64,000 nt of DNA, taken from contig CAVWMN010000010.1 in the NCBI GenBank assembly GCA_963756115.1, positions 688,109 to 752,108 of the forward strand, written 5' to 3'. Position 1 is the first letter of the stretch, and the number at the start of each line of letters is the position of its first letter. This stretch comes from an uncultured Flavobacteriaceae bacterium (GTDB lineage: Bacteria; Bacteroidota; Bacteroidia; Flavobacteriales; Flavobacteriaceae). A program made the translations under genes and the position numbers. The notes below the pieces were generated by a model. That model saw nothing but the letters and a program-made list of their open reading frames with translations. It ran no database searches and had not been told where the DNA came from. Shown here piece by piece: positions 29,048 through 38,998 of the stretch.

Positions 29048-31153
29048 ATGAATGCTAATTTCCTGCAAACCCCCATTTCGTACCTTAAGGGAGTAGGGCC
29101 CAACCGCGCAAAATTATTGGCATCTGAATCCGGTATCCACACCTATCAGGACCTCCTCCGTTATTTTCCCAACCGGTACATAGACAAGACCCGGTATTAT
29201 AAGATATCTGAACTGGAACGCAGTGGCGCAGAGGTGCAGGTAATCGGAAAACTGATCCATCTGAAAACTGTGGCGCAGCAAAAAGGAAGCCGGCTCATTG
29301 CCACGTATACCGATGGGACGGGGGAAATGGAGCTGGTATGGTTCCGGGCCCAGAAGTGGATACGGGAGCATATCCAACTCAATGTCCCCTATGTTATTTT
29401 CGGAAAAGCCAATTGGTACAACGGTAAATTTTCTATGGCCCACCCGGATATGGAATTGCTTAGTGAGCATGAACAGGGCCTCCGCCTCAGCATGTTACCG
29501 GTATATCCTTCAACTGAAAAGTTGAGCAATTCCGGGCTCACCAACCGCGTCATCAATAAGCTGATGCAACAGCTGTTTTCTGAAGCAAAGGGCGCATTCC
29601 CGGAAACCCTTTCCCGGGAGATCATGCAGGAACTCAAAATGATCTCCAAAGCAGAGGCATTATTCAATATTCATTTCCCAAAAAACCAGGAGTACCTGGC
29701 AAAAGCCCAATTCCGGCTCAAATTTGAAGAGCTTTTTTACCTGCAGCTGCAATTGATCATCAAGAACCTGATCCGCAAAAAGAAAATAAAAGGTCAGTTG
29801 TTTGCCCAGGTTGGACCCTTATTCAATACCTTTTATGGGGACCACCTGCCCTTTGAACTTACCGATGCACAAAAAAGGGTAATCCGGGAAATCAGGGCCG
29901 ACCTTGGGAGCAATGCCCAAATGAACAGGTTGCTACAGGGCGATGTGGGGTCCGGGAAAACGATCGTTGCCCTGATGGCTATATTGTTGGGCATTGATAA
30001 TGGATTCCAGGCCTGCCTGATGGCCCCGACGGAAATCCTGGCGATCCAGCATTACAATAGCCTCAAGGGGTTGCTGGGGGACATCGGTATAAATCTGGCA
30101 TTATTGACAGGATCTGTGAAGCGTGCAGACCGGAAGCTTATCCATGAACAGTTGGAAAGCGGGGAACTCCATATCCTGGTGGGGACACACGCCGTACTTG
30201 AAGACAAGGTACAGTTCCAAAACCTGGGCCTGGCCATTATAGATGAGCAGCACCGCTTCGGGGTGGCCCAGCGATCAAAATTATGGCACAAGAATGAAAT
30301 ACCCCCCCACATCCTTGTAATGACAGCCACCCCTATCCCCCGGACGCTGGCGATGAGCCTGTACGGGGATCTTGATATTTCTGTGATCGATGAGCTTCCA
30401 CCTGGAAGGAAACCGATTAAGACAGTTCATCGTTTTGATACGAACCGGCTCAAAGTATTTCGGTTTATCCGGGATGAAATAAAGCAGGGCAGGCAGGTAT
30501 ACATCGTATATCCGCTAATCCAGGAATCGGAAGCTCTGGATTATAAGGACCTGATGGATGGCTATGAAAGCATCGTCCGCGATTTTCCCTTGCCCGAATT
30601 CCAGATATCCATTGTACACGGTCAAATGAGATCAGAGGATAAGGATTATGAGATGGACCGTTTTGTGCGGGGGGAAACCCAGATCATGGTGGCCACCACG
30701 GTCATCGAAGTGGGTGTTGATGTCCCGAATGCCTCTGTAATGATCATAGAAAGTGCAGAGCGTTTCGGGTTGTCGCAGCTCCACCAGCTCAGGGGCCGTG
30801 TCGGACGCGGTGCGGAGCAGAGCTATTGCATCCTGATGACGGGACATAAATTATCCGCTGAAGCACGGAAACGCCTGGAAACCATGGTCCGGACGAATGA
30901 CGGGTTTGAGATTGCGGAGGTAGACCTCCGGCTCAGGGGGCCGGGCGACCTGATGGGAACCCAGCAAAGCGGCATCCTTAACCTTCGGATTGCCGATATT
31001 GTAAAGGATAATGATATTTTGGGAACAGCCCGGTATTATGCCCTGAGGGTATTAAAGGAAGATCCTTCCCTGGTCATGGAAAAGAACCGTGCTATCCGGG
31101 CCACCTATGCCGAAATAGCCAAAAACAGGAATATCTGGAATTACATCAGTTAG
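29048..31153 (+). CDS. recG: ATP-dependent DNA helicase RecG
   Basis: 701-aa ORF with an N-terminal wedge/OB region, Walker A GDVGSGKT, DEQHRFG and QLRGRVGRG. Confidence 0.95.
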   Translation: MNANFLQTPISYLKGVGPNRAKLLASESGIHTYQDLLRYFPNRYIDKTRYYKISELERSGAEVQVIGKLIHLKTVAQQKGSRLIATYTDGTGEMELVWFRAQKWIREHIQLNVPYVIFGKANWYNGKFSMAHPDMELLSEHEQGLRLSMLPVYPSTEKLSNSGLTNRVINKLMQQLFSEAKGAFPETLSREIMQELKMISKAEALFNIHFPKNQEYLAKAQFRLKFEELFYLQLQLIIKNLIRKKKIKGQLFAQVGPLFNTFYGDHLPFELTDAQKRVIREIRADLGSNAQMNRLLQGDVGSGKTIVALMAILLGIDNGFQACLMAPTEILAIQHYNSLKGLLGDIGINLALLTGSVKRADRKLIHEQLESGELHILVGTHAVLEDKVQFQNLGLAIIDEQHRFGVAQRSKLWHKNEIPPHILVMTATPIPRTLAMSLYGDLDISVIDELPPGRKPIKTVHRFDTNRLKVFRFIRDEIKQGRQVYIVYPLIQESEALDYKDLMDGYESIVRDFPLPEFQISIVHGQMRSEDKDYEMDRFVRGETQIMVATTVIEVGVDVPNASVMIIESAERFGLSQLHQLRGRVGRGAEQSYCILMTGHKLSAEARKRLETMVRTNDGFEIAEVDLRLRGPGDLMGTQQSGILNLRIADIVKDNDILGTARYYALRVLKEDPSLVMEKNRAIRATYAEIAKNRNIWNYIS

Positions 31154-31206
31154 TGTTACTATCATTACTGCCTTTCCGGCCGTTACGGTATCAATCATGT
31201 GGATCC

Positions 31207-32307
31207 TTACAATGTTACCCCCATTTCCTTCAATAATTTTTCTGAATTTGCCTTCACCCCCGGTGGCGGATTTAAGGAAAGGGACATTCTGAGGTTTTTA
31301 ACCGCATTTTTAGTATCCCCTACAGTTTTATAGGCCTCGCCCAAACTGTCATATACATTCGGATCCGTTGGGTTATTCTTCACGTTGATCTTAAAGTATT
31401 TGATGGCCAGGTCGTGTTCCCCTATGTTGAGTAACGTATACCCCAGATTATTCAACTCGTTCGTATCGGCCATCGCAGCCGCCTCTTCCACAAGGTCAAG
31501 TGCTTCCTTTTTTTTGTCCGTTTTCAGGAGCAATTGCATCTTCAGCACGGTATTGCCATAGGTTACTTTACCTATGAAAGGGCCTTCCCGCGCCTGATCG
31601 ACCCAACCCATCGCCTCCCCGGCATCACCGCCGTTGTTCATGGAAAAGGCTGCTGCCTGCTCCCATGTCTCCCGGCTGAACCCCGCGGATCCCTGGAGTT
31701 TTTGCCGGATGTCTGCCAGCACTATTTTACTGACCTCCACCCCAATCCTGAAGGGAACCTGCTTTTTTTCCCAGTTCAGGGAAGCCAGGGTTGAAGCAGG
31801 GGTTGTTTCGGTAAACAAATAGGTCAGTTCTTCCGTATGCGGGATTTCCCTGGTTTCAACAGATACCCGCAAAGCATCCTCCGCAGGATCATAAAAATAA
31901 CTGCCCCAGGCCGTATGATTCCTTGAAAATATTACGGTAGCCTTGTCACCTTCCTCAATGATCATGTGCAGCCCGTACTCGCCGGCCGATAGGGGCTGGC
32001 CCTCTACGGTAACATCATGTGAAAAACTGGCTACGGTATTTTCATCAGCGCCGGCCCGCCAGGGAGAAGAGACGGCGGTGCCGAAACCGAGGTTATTCAT
32101 ACCGTAAGGCACCAGTTTACCCCAGATTTCCCTTTCGTTGACCGCGGGCCGGGAATAGCTGATACAAATATCGGTTATACCTATTCGCTGGGATACACTG
32201 GCCTTCTGACTACCGTTGGGCAAAGTCAGCTGCGCCCTGCCGTTGAGGCTCGTAATAAGCAGGGCAGTCATACAAAATACATTGAATTTACCGGAAAGTT
32301 GTTTCAT
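31207..32307 (-). CDS. DUF2911-domain protein with C-terminal TPR repeats, secreted
   Basis: 366-aa ORF with a signal peptide. It has a DUF2911-like N-terminal pattern (ISYSRPAVNEREIWGKLVPYG...WRAGADENT) and TPR-like repeats in the last ~130 aa. Confidence 0.65.
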   Translation of the reverse strand: MKQLSGKFNVFCMTALLITSLNGRAQLTLPNGSQKASVSQRIGITDICISYSRPAVNEREIWGKLVPYGMNNLGFGTAVSSPWRAGADENTVASFSHDVTVEGQPLSAGEYGLHMIIEEGDKATVIFSRNHTAWGSYFYDPAEDALRVSVETREIPHTEELTYLFTETTPASTLASLNWEKKQVPFRIGVEVSKIVLADIRQKLQGSAGFSRETWEQAAAFSMNNGGDAGEAMGWVDQAREGPFIGKVTYGNTVLKMQLLLKTDKKKEALDLVEEAAAMADTNELNNLGYTLLNIGEHDLAIKYFKINVKNNPTDPNVYDSLGEAYKTVGDTKNAVKNLRMSLSLNPPPGVKANSEKLLKEMGVTL

Positions 32308-32613
32308 GAGGTTGCTTGTCAGGGTTAGTAAAATAAAGAGTTCCTACAATTTAAATATATGAATACTAACATGCTGTACGCGTTACAGTTATGTTAAATT
32401 CCTTTCGCTATTCATGAAACCGCCCGATGCTGACCGGTCGTGGGTTCAGCCTTGCGATCCCGAGAATTTACACCGTGGGAACATGCTGAAATAGCAAACA
32501 GGAAAAAATGATCGTGTGCTCCGGGTCGCAGGATGCATGGAATCATTGGGTCTAAGGATACGTTGGACGTCGTAATTTTCCCAGCATTAATTTCCTATTC
32601 GCCACTGTTTTTA

Positions 32614-32621
32614 TAGTTTTG
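32614..32621 (+). promoter_or_regulatory. Bacteroidetes-type -7 promoter box (TAGTTTTG) upstream of leuC
   Basis: Exact TAnnTTTG match 23 nt upstream of the leuC ATG. Confidence 0.3.
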
Positions 32622-32643
32622 TTAGCTTAGAAATTTTTCAGTT

Positions 32644-34059
32644 ATGAGTTCAGGAAAGACATTATTTGACAAGGTTTGGGATTCACATGTTGTCCGGAAG
32701 ATCGCCAAGGGCCCGGATGTACTCTTTATAGACCGCCACCTGGTCCATGAAGTTACGAGTCCGGTTGCGTTTTTGGGACTTAAGAACCGGGGTATCCGGG
32801 TCCTTCACCCGGAGCGTACTTTCGCTACAGCGGACCACAATACCCCTACCCGGAATCAGCACCTGCCGGTAAAGGATCCCCTTTCGGCCAATCAGTTGCG
32901 GGCCCTGGAGCAGAATGCTGCTGAACACAATATTCCCTACTGGGGACTGGGACACGAAAAAAATGGCATTGTCCATGTCATAGGTCCGGAAAATGGAATT
33001 ACACTGCCCGGCGCGACCATAGTTTGTGGTGACTCCCACACTTCCACACATGGTGCCTTCGGTGCGATCGCCTTTGGCATAGGCACGTCCGAAGTGGAAA
33101 TGGTATTAGCTACCCAGTGTATTATGCAACCCAAGCCCAAGCGCATGCGCATCAACATACACGGAACCCTGAACCGGGCCGTTACGCCAAAGGATGTAGC
33201 CCTCTATATCATCTCCCGGTTAACTACTTCCGGGGCGACAGGGTACTTTGTGGAATATGCCGGGGAAGTATTCCGGAATATGAGTATGGAAGGCAGGATG
33301 ACGGTATGCAACCTTAGTATTGAAATGGGTGCCCGGGGGGGCATTATTGCTCCTGACTCCAAAACATTTGAATATATAAAAGGAAGGGAATATACGCCTA
33401 AAGGGGATGCCTGGGATCGGGCGATGGCCTATTGGAAAACACTTATCACTGATGAAAATGCCATTTTTGACAAGGAAATAACGTTTAATGGCGCCGATAT
33501 TGAACCCATGATAACATATGGGACCAATCCAGGGATGGGGATGGGGATCTCCAACGACATACCGCTGGCTACATCAGTGGAAGGGGGCGTTGCAACGTAT
33601 CAAAAGTCCCTTCAGTACATGGATTTCCATGAAGGGGACGCTATGTTGGGCAAACCCATCGATTTTGTATTCCTTGGCAGCTGTACCAATGGCAGGATAG
33701 AGGATTTCCGGGCATTTGCCTCCCTGGTGAAGGGGCGGAAGAAGGCCCCACACGTGACAGCCTGGCTGGTACCCGGTTCCCACCGGGTAGAAGAGGCTAT
33801 CAAGGAAGAAGGAATCCTTCAGATCCTGGAAGATGCCGGTTTTGAACTTCGCGAGCCGGGCTGTTCTGCCTGCCTTGCCATGAATGACGATAAGGTGCCT
33901 GCAGGGAAATATGCCGTTAGTACCTCTAACCGGAACTTTGAAGGAAGGCAGGGGCCGGGGTCCAGGACACTGTTGGCGAGTCCTTTGGTTGCCGCTGCAG
34001 CCGCCGTAACCGGTAAAGTGACGGATCCCAGGGAATTAATGGAGGAAGTTCCGGCATAA
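32644..34059 (+). CDS. leuC: 3-isopropylmalate dehydratase large subunit
   Basis: 471-aa aconitase-family ORF with Fe-S cluster Cys motifs ([20 protein letters not shown]). Confidence 0.95.
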   Translation: MSSGKTLFDKVWDSHVVRKIAKGPDVLFIDRHLVHEVTSPVAFLGLKNRGIRVLHPERTFATADHNTPTRNQHLPVKDPLSANQLRALEQNAAEHNIPYWGLGHEKNGIVHVIGPENGITLPGATIVCGDSHTSTHGAFGAIAFGIGTSEVEMVLATQCIMQPKPKRMRINIHGTLNRAVTPKDVALYIISRLTTSGATGYFVEYAGEVFRNMSMEGRMTVCNLSIEMGARGGIIAPDSKTFEYIKGREYTPKGDAWDRAMAYWKTLITDENAIFDKEITFNGADIEPMITYGTNPGMGMGISNDIPLATSVEGGVATYQKSLQYMDFHEGDAMLGKPIDFVFLGSCTNGRIEDFRAFASLVKGRKKAPHVTAWLVPGSHRVEEAIKEEGILQILEDAGFELREPGCSACLAMNDDKVPAGKYAVSTSNRNFEGRQGPGSRTLLASPLVAAAAAVTGKVTDPRELMEEVPA

Positions 34060-34155
34060 ATTCAGACAGGAGGCAGCATTGAAGATGCCTGGATGGAAAG
34101 ACACTGTCCGCCTTGCCTTCAACAGATAACGTATACAGAATATAAACACGATATA

Positions 34156-34752
34156 ATGGCTTACGACAAATTCAATCAATTGATAAGCACCGCGGTGCCG
34201 TTACCAATTGAAAATGTAGATACCGATCAGATCATCCCAGCCCGCTTTCTCAAAGCAACAGAACGAACCGGGTTCGGGGACAACCTTTTCCGGGATTGGC
34301 GATACAATCCGGACGATTCGCCCAAAGAACATTTTGTCCTCAACAATCCTATCTACTCCGGTAAAATCTTGGTGGGCGGCAAAAATTTTGGTTCCGGTTC
34401 TTCCCGGGAACATGCGGCCTGGGCTATCTATGATTATGGGTTCAGGGCGGTTGTGTCAAGCTTCTTTGCCGATATCTTCCGAAACAACTGCCTCAATATC
34501 GGGGTATTGCCCGTACAGGTCAGTGCTGCCTTCCTCCAGAAAATCTTTGTAGCTATTGAGGCCGATCCGCATACAGAACTAAAAATAAGCCTGCCGGACC
34601 AATCCATTACCATCCTGGCAACAGGGGAACAGGAACACTTTGATATCAATGACTACAAAAAGGAAAATATGCTGAATGGCTTTGACGACATTGATTATCT
34701 ATTGCGAATGAAGGGCGAAATCAGTAATTTTTCCGAAAATATCCCGATCTGA
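34156..34752 (+). CDS. leuD: 3-isopropylmalate dehydratase small subunit
   Basis: LeuD motifs are present (DTDQIIPARFL, GKNFGSGSSREHAAWA). The preferred start is MAYDKF at 34156; the ORF track extends to 34093. Confidence 0.9.
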   Translation: MAYDKFNQLISTAVPLPIENVDTDQIIPARFLKATERTGFGDNLFRDWRYNPDDSPKEHFVLNNPIYSGKILVGGKNFGSGSSREHAAWAIYDYGFRAVVSSFFADIFRNNCLNIGVLPVQVSAAFLQKIFVAIEADPHTELKISLPDQSITILATGEQEHFDINDYKKENMLNGFDDIDYLLRMKGEISNFSENIPI

Positions 34753-34842
34753 AAACCAGGGATCCAGGGATCTCAATGGAAGACAGGAATGTAACCCAAA
34801 CTTTTGTGAAATTGCGAGAACCCCCAAGTGAAGGGGCATAAG

Positions 34843-36360
34843 ATGAAAAAGAGAAAGATCGAAATAATGGATACCACCCTCCGGGATGGGGAACAGACCT
34901 CCGGGGTATCCTTTTCTTCTGTAGAAAAACTTACCCTGGCCAAACTTTTGCTGGAGGAGCTTAAGGTTGACCGGATCGAGGTGGCATCGGCAAGAGTATC
35001 GGAGGGGGAATTACAGTCGGTAAAACTGATCATGGAATGGGCGGAGTCGGCTGGGTATTCCAGGCAGGTGGAAGTCCTGACATTTGTTGATAACGGCCTC
35101 TCCCTGCACTGGATGGAACAATCAGGCGCCAGGGTTCAAAACCTCCTGACGAAAGGTTCACTGAACCACCTTACCCACCAGTTGAAAAAAACACCTGCCC
35201 AGCATTTCAAGGAAATCGAAAAAGTTATTGCAGCAGCGGGGGAAAAGGGCATCACCACCAATGTATACCTGGAGGACTGGAGCAATGGAATGCGCAATTC
35301 CCCGGAATATGTCTGGGAATTCCTGGACTTCCTTGTAACTCAGCCGTTGAAAAGGATATTACTGCCCGATACCCTGGGGATCCTCACCCACATGGAGGCT
35401 TTTTCCTTTATAGACCAGACGATCAAAAGATATCCGGAAACGCATTTTGATTTCCATGGCCATAACGACTATGACCTGAGTGTAGCCAACGTAATGGAAG
35501 CCCTTAAAGCCGGTTGCCACGGGTTACACCTTACCGTCAATGGTATGGGCGAAAGGGCAGGTAACGCGCCGCTGGCCAGCGTTGTGGCTGTGATCAATGA
35601 TTTTATGCCCCAGATTGCGATCGGGGTAAATGAGTCATCACTCTATAAAGTCAGCAAACTTGTATCCGCATTTACCGGGTTTGGCATTCCTGCTAACAAG
35701 CCTATCGTAGGGGATAATGTATTTACACAAACAGCAGGTATTCATGCTGATGGAGATAATAAAAGAAACCTTTACTTTAATGATCTTTTGCCAGAGAGAT
35801 TCGGGCGGAAACGCCGGTATGCCCTCGGTAAGACCTCCGGGAAGGCGAATATTCAAAAGAACCTCCAGGAACTGGGCCTTACCCTTAAGGAAGATGAACT
35901 GAAAAAAGTAACCCAACGGATCATTGAGCTCGGAGACAAAAAGGAGAAGGTAACCCGGGAAGACCTCCCGTATATTATTTCGGATGTGCTGGACAGTGAA
36001 GCGTATCAGCAGCGGGTTTTTGTCAAATCCTATGTGCTCACCCACAGCAAGGGATTAAAACCTTCCACCACTGTATCTGTAGAGATCGATGGGGTGTGCC
36101 ATGAGGAGAATGCCCAGGGAGACGGGCAATTTGATGCATTTATGAATGCCCTTAGAAAGGTGTATAAATCCAAAAAAATGCAGCTTCCCAATCTTATTGA
36201 CTATGCAGTAAGGATCCCGCCCGGAAGTAATTCCGATGCCCTGTGTGAAACCATTATCACCTGGCAAAACCAGGGGAAGGACTTCACTACCCGGGGTCTG
36301 GATTGTGACCAGACTGTTTCGGCTATAAAAGCCACGGAAAAAATGCTGAATATTATTTAA
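34843..36360 (+). CDS. 2-isopropylmalate synthase / (R)-citramalate synthase family enzyme (LeuA/CimA; sequence looks CimA-like)
   Basis: Has a DRE-TIM metallolyase core (DTTLRDGEQTSGVSFS, HFDFHGHNDYDLSVAN) plus a C-terminal LeuA-type regulatory domain. The preferred ATG is at 34843; the track starts at GTG 34828. Confidence 0.85.
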   Translation: MKKRKIEIMDTTLRDGEQTSGVSFSSVEKLTLAKLLLEELKVDRIEVASARVSEGELQSVKLIMEWAESAGYSRQVEVLTFVDNGLSLHWMEQSGARVQNLLTKGSLNHLTHQLKKTPAQHFKEIEKVIAAAGEKGITTNVYLEDWSNGMRNSPEYVWEFLDFLVTQPLKRILLPDTLGILTHMEAFSFIDQTIKRYPETHFDFHGHNDYDLSVANVMEALKAGCHGLHLTVNGMGERAGNAPLASVVAVINDFMPQIAIGVNESSLYKVSKLVSAFTGFGIPANKPIVGDNVFTQTAGIHADGDNKRNLYFNDLLPERFGRKRRYALGKTSGKANIQKNLQELGLTLKEDELKKVTQRIIELGDKKEKVTREDLPYIISDVLDSEAYQQRVFVKSYVLTHSKGLKPSTTVSVEIDGVCHEENAQGDGQFDAFMNALRKVYKSKKMQLPNLIDYAVRIPPGSNSDALCETIITWQNQGKDFTTRGLDCDQTVSAIKATEKMLNII

Positions 36361-36434
36361 ATTCACTGAATATCGTGAGAACACCAATCTCCGGGTAATA
36401 CATGAGTGTTAACCGGTAAAATCTAAACCAAAAA

Positions 36435-37490
36435 ATGAAATTAACAATAGCATTATTAGCCGGTGACGGGATCGGCCCGGAAGTTATTGCACAGGCCGTA
36501 AAGGTGTGTGAAGCGATTGCACTGAAATACAATCATGAACTACACTGGAAACCTGCCCTTACCGGGGCAGCTGCCATCGATGCAGTAGGTGAGCCCTACC
36601 CGGATGCTACCCATGAAATCTGCCTCGCTTCTGATGCGGTGTTATTCGGGGCCATAGGTCATCCCAAATACGACAATGATCCTTCAGCTACCGTGAGGCC
36701 CGAGCAGGGGTTGCTTAAAATGCGGCAAAAACTTGGATTATTCGCCAATGTAAGGCCCACTTTTACCTTTGATTCCCTCATTGACAAATCGCCTTTAAAG
36801 CGGGAGCGGATTGAGGGGACCAACCTGGTTTTCCTGCGGGAACTGACAAGTGGAATCTATTTTGGCAAAAGGGGACGGGAAGATAATGGAAATACCGCTT
36901 ATGACACCTGTACCTATACCCGGGAGGAGGTTCAGCGGTTGGCGAAGTTAGGATTTGAAATGGCCATGAAACGCTCTAAAAAACTTTGTTGTGTGGATAA
37001 AGCCAATGTACTGGAAACGTCCAGGCTATGGCGGGAAACAGTACAGGCAATGGCCAGGGATTATCCGGAGGTTGCCGTGACCTATGAATTTGTGGATGCA
37101 GTGGCCATGCGGCTGGTGCAGTGGCCAAAGGAATATGATGTATTGATAACTGAGAACCTTTTTGGTGATATCCTTACCGATGAAGCTTCCGTTATCTCCG
37201 GATCCATGGGGTTGATGCCTTCGGCCTCCCTTGGTGAGCGGATCAAATTATATGAGCCCATTCACGGCTCCTATCCCCAGGCGGCCGGCAAGGATATCGC
37301 CAACCCGCTCGCTACGGTATTATCAGCGGCCATGCTCTTTGATGGTTTCGGACTGGAAAATGAGGCAGGGGCCATCCGCCAGGCGGTAAATGCTTCACTG
37401 GAAGCAGGGGTTATCACCGAAGACCTGGCAGATGGGGCCAAAGCATACAAAACAAGCGAAGTGGGTGATTGGCTGGCGGCCCAAATTTGA
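36435..37490 (+). CDS. leuB: 3-isopropylmalate dehydrogenase
   Basis: 351-aa ORF with isocitrate/isopropylmalate dehydrogenase motifs (LAGDGIGPEV, NLFGDILTDEASVISGSMGL). Confidence 0.95.
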   Translation: MKLTIALLAGDGIGPEVIAQAVKVCEAIALKYNHELHWKPALTGAAAIDAVGEPYPDATHEICLASDAVLFGAIGHPKYDNDPSATVRPEQGLLKMRQKLGLFANVRPTFTFDSLIDKSPLKRERIEGTNLVFLRELTSGIYFGKRGREDNGNTAYDTCTYTREEVQRLAKLGFEMAMKRSKKLCCVDKANVLETSRLWRETVQAMARDYPEVAVTYEFVDAVAMRLVQWPKEYDVLITENLFGDILTDEASVISGSMGLMPSASLGERIKLYEPIHGSYPQAAGKDIANPLATVLSAAMLFDGFGLENEAGAIRQAVNASLEAGVITEDLADGAKAYKTSEVGDWLAAQI

Positions 37491-37556
37491 TTTGATTCCG
37501 GCAGCCGCCCAGCTTCAGACAGCCTTGCAAAAGTCCCCTGCGGCCTTATTTCTGTG

Positions 37557-38771
37557 TCAGGTCGTGGAATTGCCGCCGGAAATGGCCAGTTGCCGCCATT
37601 TGCCGTCCTGGTACCTTTTGAGAAGTATCAGGAGGAGAGACAGCATCACACCGGTTCCGGCCAGGATAGCACCCACGAGGCCGGCCGCCGTATAACCCAG
37701 CCCATACGCGATTGGGATACCTGCAAGGTATGCCCCTAATGCATTTCCGAGGTTAAAAGCACTTTGGTTGAGGGAAGAGCCCAACATCTCCGATCCTTTG
37801 GACGCCTGGATGATGGCCATTTGCAGCGGTGTGGAAACGCTGAAGGCGGTCATCCCTATCAGGAAGGTTAGTCCAAGGACGGCAGAAGGTGTATAAGCCA
37901 GCCAGGTATTTAACAGCAACAACACTACCATTGCTGTAAGACTGATGGCAACGGCTCTCAATGGTTTGAATATTTCTGCCATTTTTGCACCTACAAAATT
38001 ACCCGCTACCATTCCCAGTCCGGCAATGATCATGGCATAACCGATCACATTCTCAGGAAATCCGGCTACTTCATGGACCAGGGGCGCTATAAAACTATAC
38101 CAGGCGAAAAACCCACCTGTACCGATCGTAGTGAGGGCAATAAGCGTCCATAATTCCATATTTTTCAAGCCTTTTGGTTTAACGGCATTAGCAGATGGCT
38201 GCTCAATAACCAGTTTTGGCATCCAGAAATAGATACTGAGTAAGGCGAGGAAACCGGAAACCCCTACCATCAGGAAGGACGCAGACCATGCATAGGAATG
38301 GCCGATATACGTTCCAACGGGCACTCCAATGACATTTGCAATGGTAAGGCCTGTAAACATGATGGCTATTGCCTGGGCCGATTTCCCTTCTTTGGCGAGT
38401 TTCCCGGCGATTACTGCACCAATACCGAAAAAGGCCCCATGCGGCAGCCCAGATAACAACCGGTAGAGCAATAAGGTACTGTAACTTGTTGCAAAAGCGG
38501 AAAGCGTATTGAATATGGTGAACCATATCATCAGATAAAGCAGGGACCTGTTTGCATCCCACCGTTTCGCTATTTGGGTAAATAGCGGGGCTCCGATAAC
38601 TACTCCCAGGGCATAGGCGGCTATGAAGTGGCTGGCTTTGGGGATGCTTATTCCCATTGAAAGCGCTACATCCGGCAATATGCCCATAATAACAAACTCC
38701 GTCAGTCCAATTCCAAAACCTCCAATTGCCAGGGATATTAATGCTTTCTTATTATATTTTCCCGTGTTCAT
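37557..38771 (-). CDS. MFS transporter (12-TM, sugar-efflux/YdhP-AraJ-like)
   Basis: 404-aa ORF that is hydrophobic throughout, with ~12 TM segments and an MFS-like loop (QIAKRWDANRS). Confidence 0.8.
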   Translation of the reverse strand: MNTGKYNKKALISLAIGGFGIGLTEFVIMGILPDVALSMGISIPKASHFIAAYALGVVIGAPLFTQIAKRWDANRSLLYLMIWFTIFNTLSAFATSYSTLLLYRLLSGLPHGAFFGIGAVIAGKLAKEGKSAQAIAIMFTGLTIANVIGVPVGTYIGHSYAWSASFLMVGVSGFLALLSIYFWMPKLVIEQPSANAVKPKGLKNMELWTLIALTTIGTGGFFAWYSFIAPLVHEVAGFPENVIGYAMIIAGLGMVAGNFVGAKMAEIFKPLRAVAISLTAMVVLLLLNTWLAYTPSAVLGLTFLIGMTAFSVSTPLQMAIIQASKGSEMLGSSLNQSAFNLGNALGAYLAGIPIAYGLGYTAAGLVGAILAGTGVMLSLLLILLKRYQDGKWRQLAISGGNSTT

Positions 38772-38998
38772 GATTTTTATTTAAAGGCAATTTCTTGCCA
38801 TCATTTCAGGAACAAAGGTACCGTGATGCCGGGTGTAAATGCTTTACGCGATTATCCAGTTTCTATGGAATATTACCCTGTTTAAGGCTTTATTAAGCCC
38901 CCAGAGGGTAATAAGGCCTATAGCCCTTCCCGGAAAATGAAGGTATACATGGTGCGTGGTCCCAAAGTTACATCAGCTAACCTTTACGACCGGCGCTA

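Noticed and set aside
32359-32397. A possible leucine leader peptide (MNTNMLYALQLC) and attenuator in the 336-nt gap upstream of leuC.
   Set aside because: It has only 3 Leu in 12 codons and no run of consecutive Leu codons. I found no terminator/antiterminator pair downstream. The best promoter box (32614-32621) lies downstream of it, so it would not be in the leuC transcript. The gap also has to hold the divergent promoter of the DUF2911 gene.
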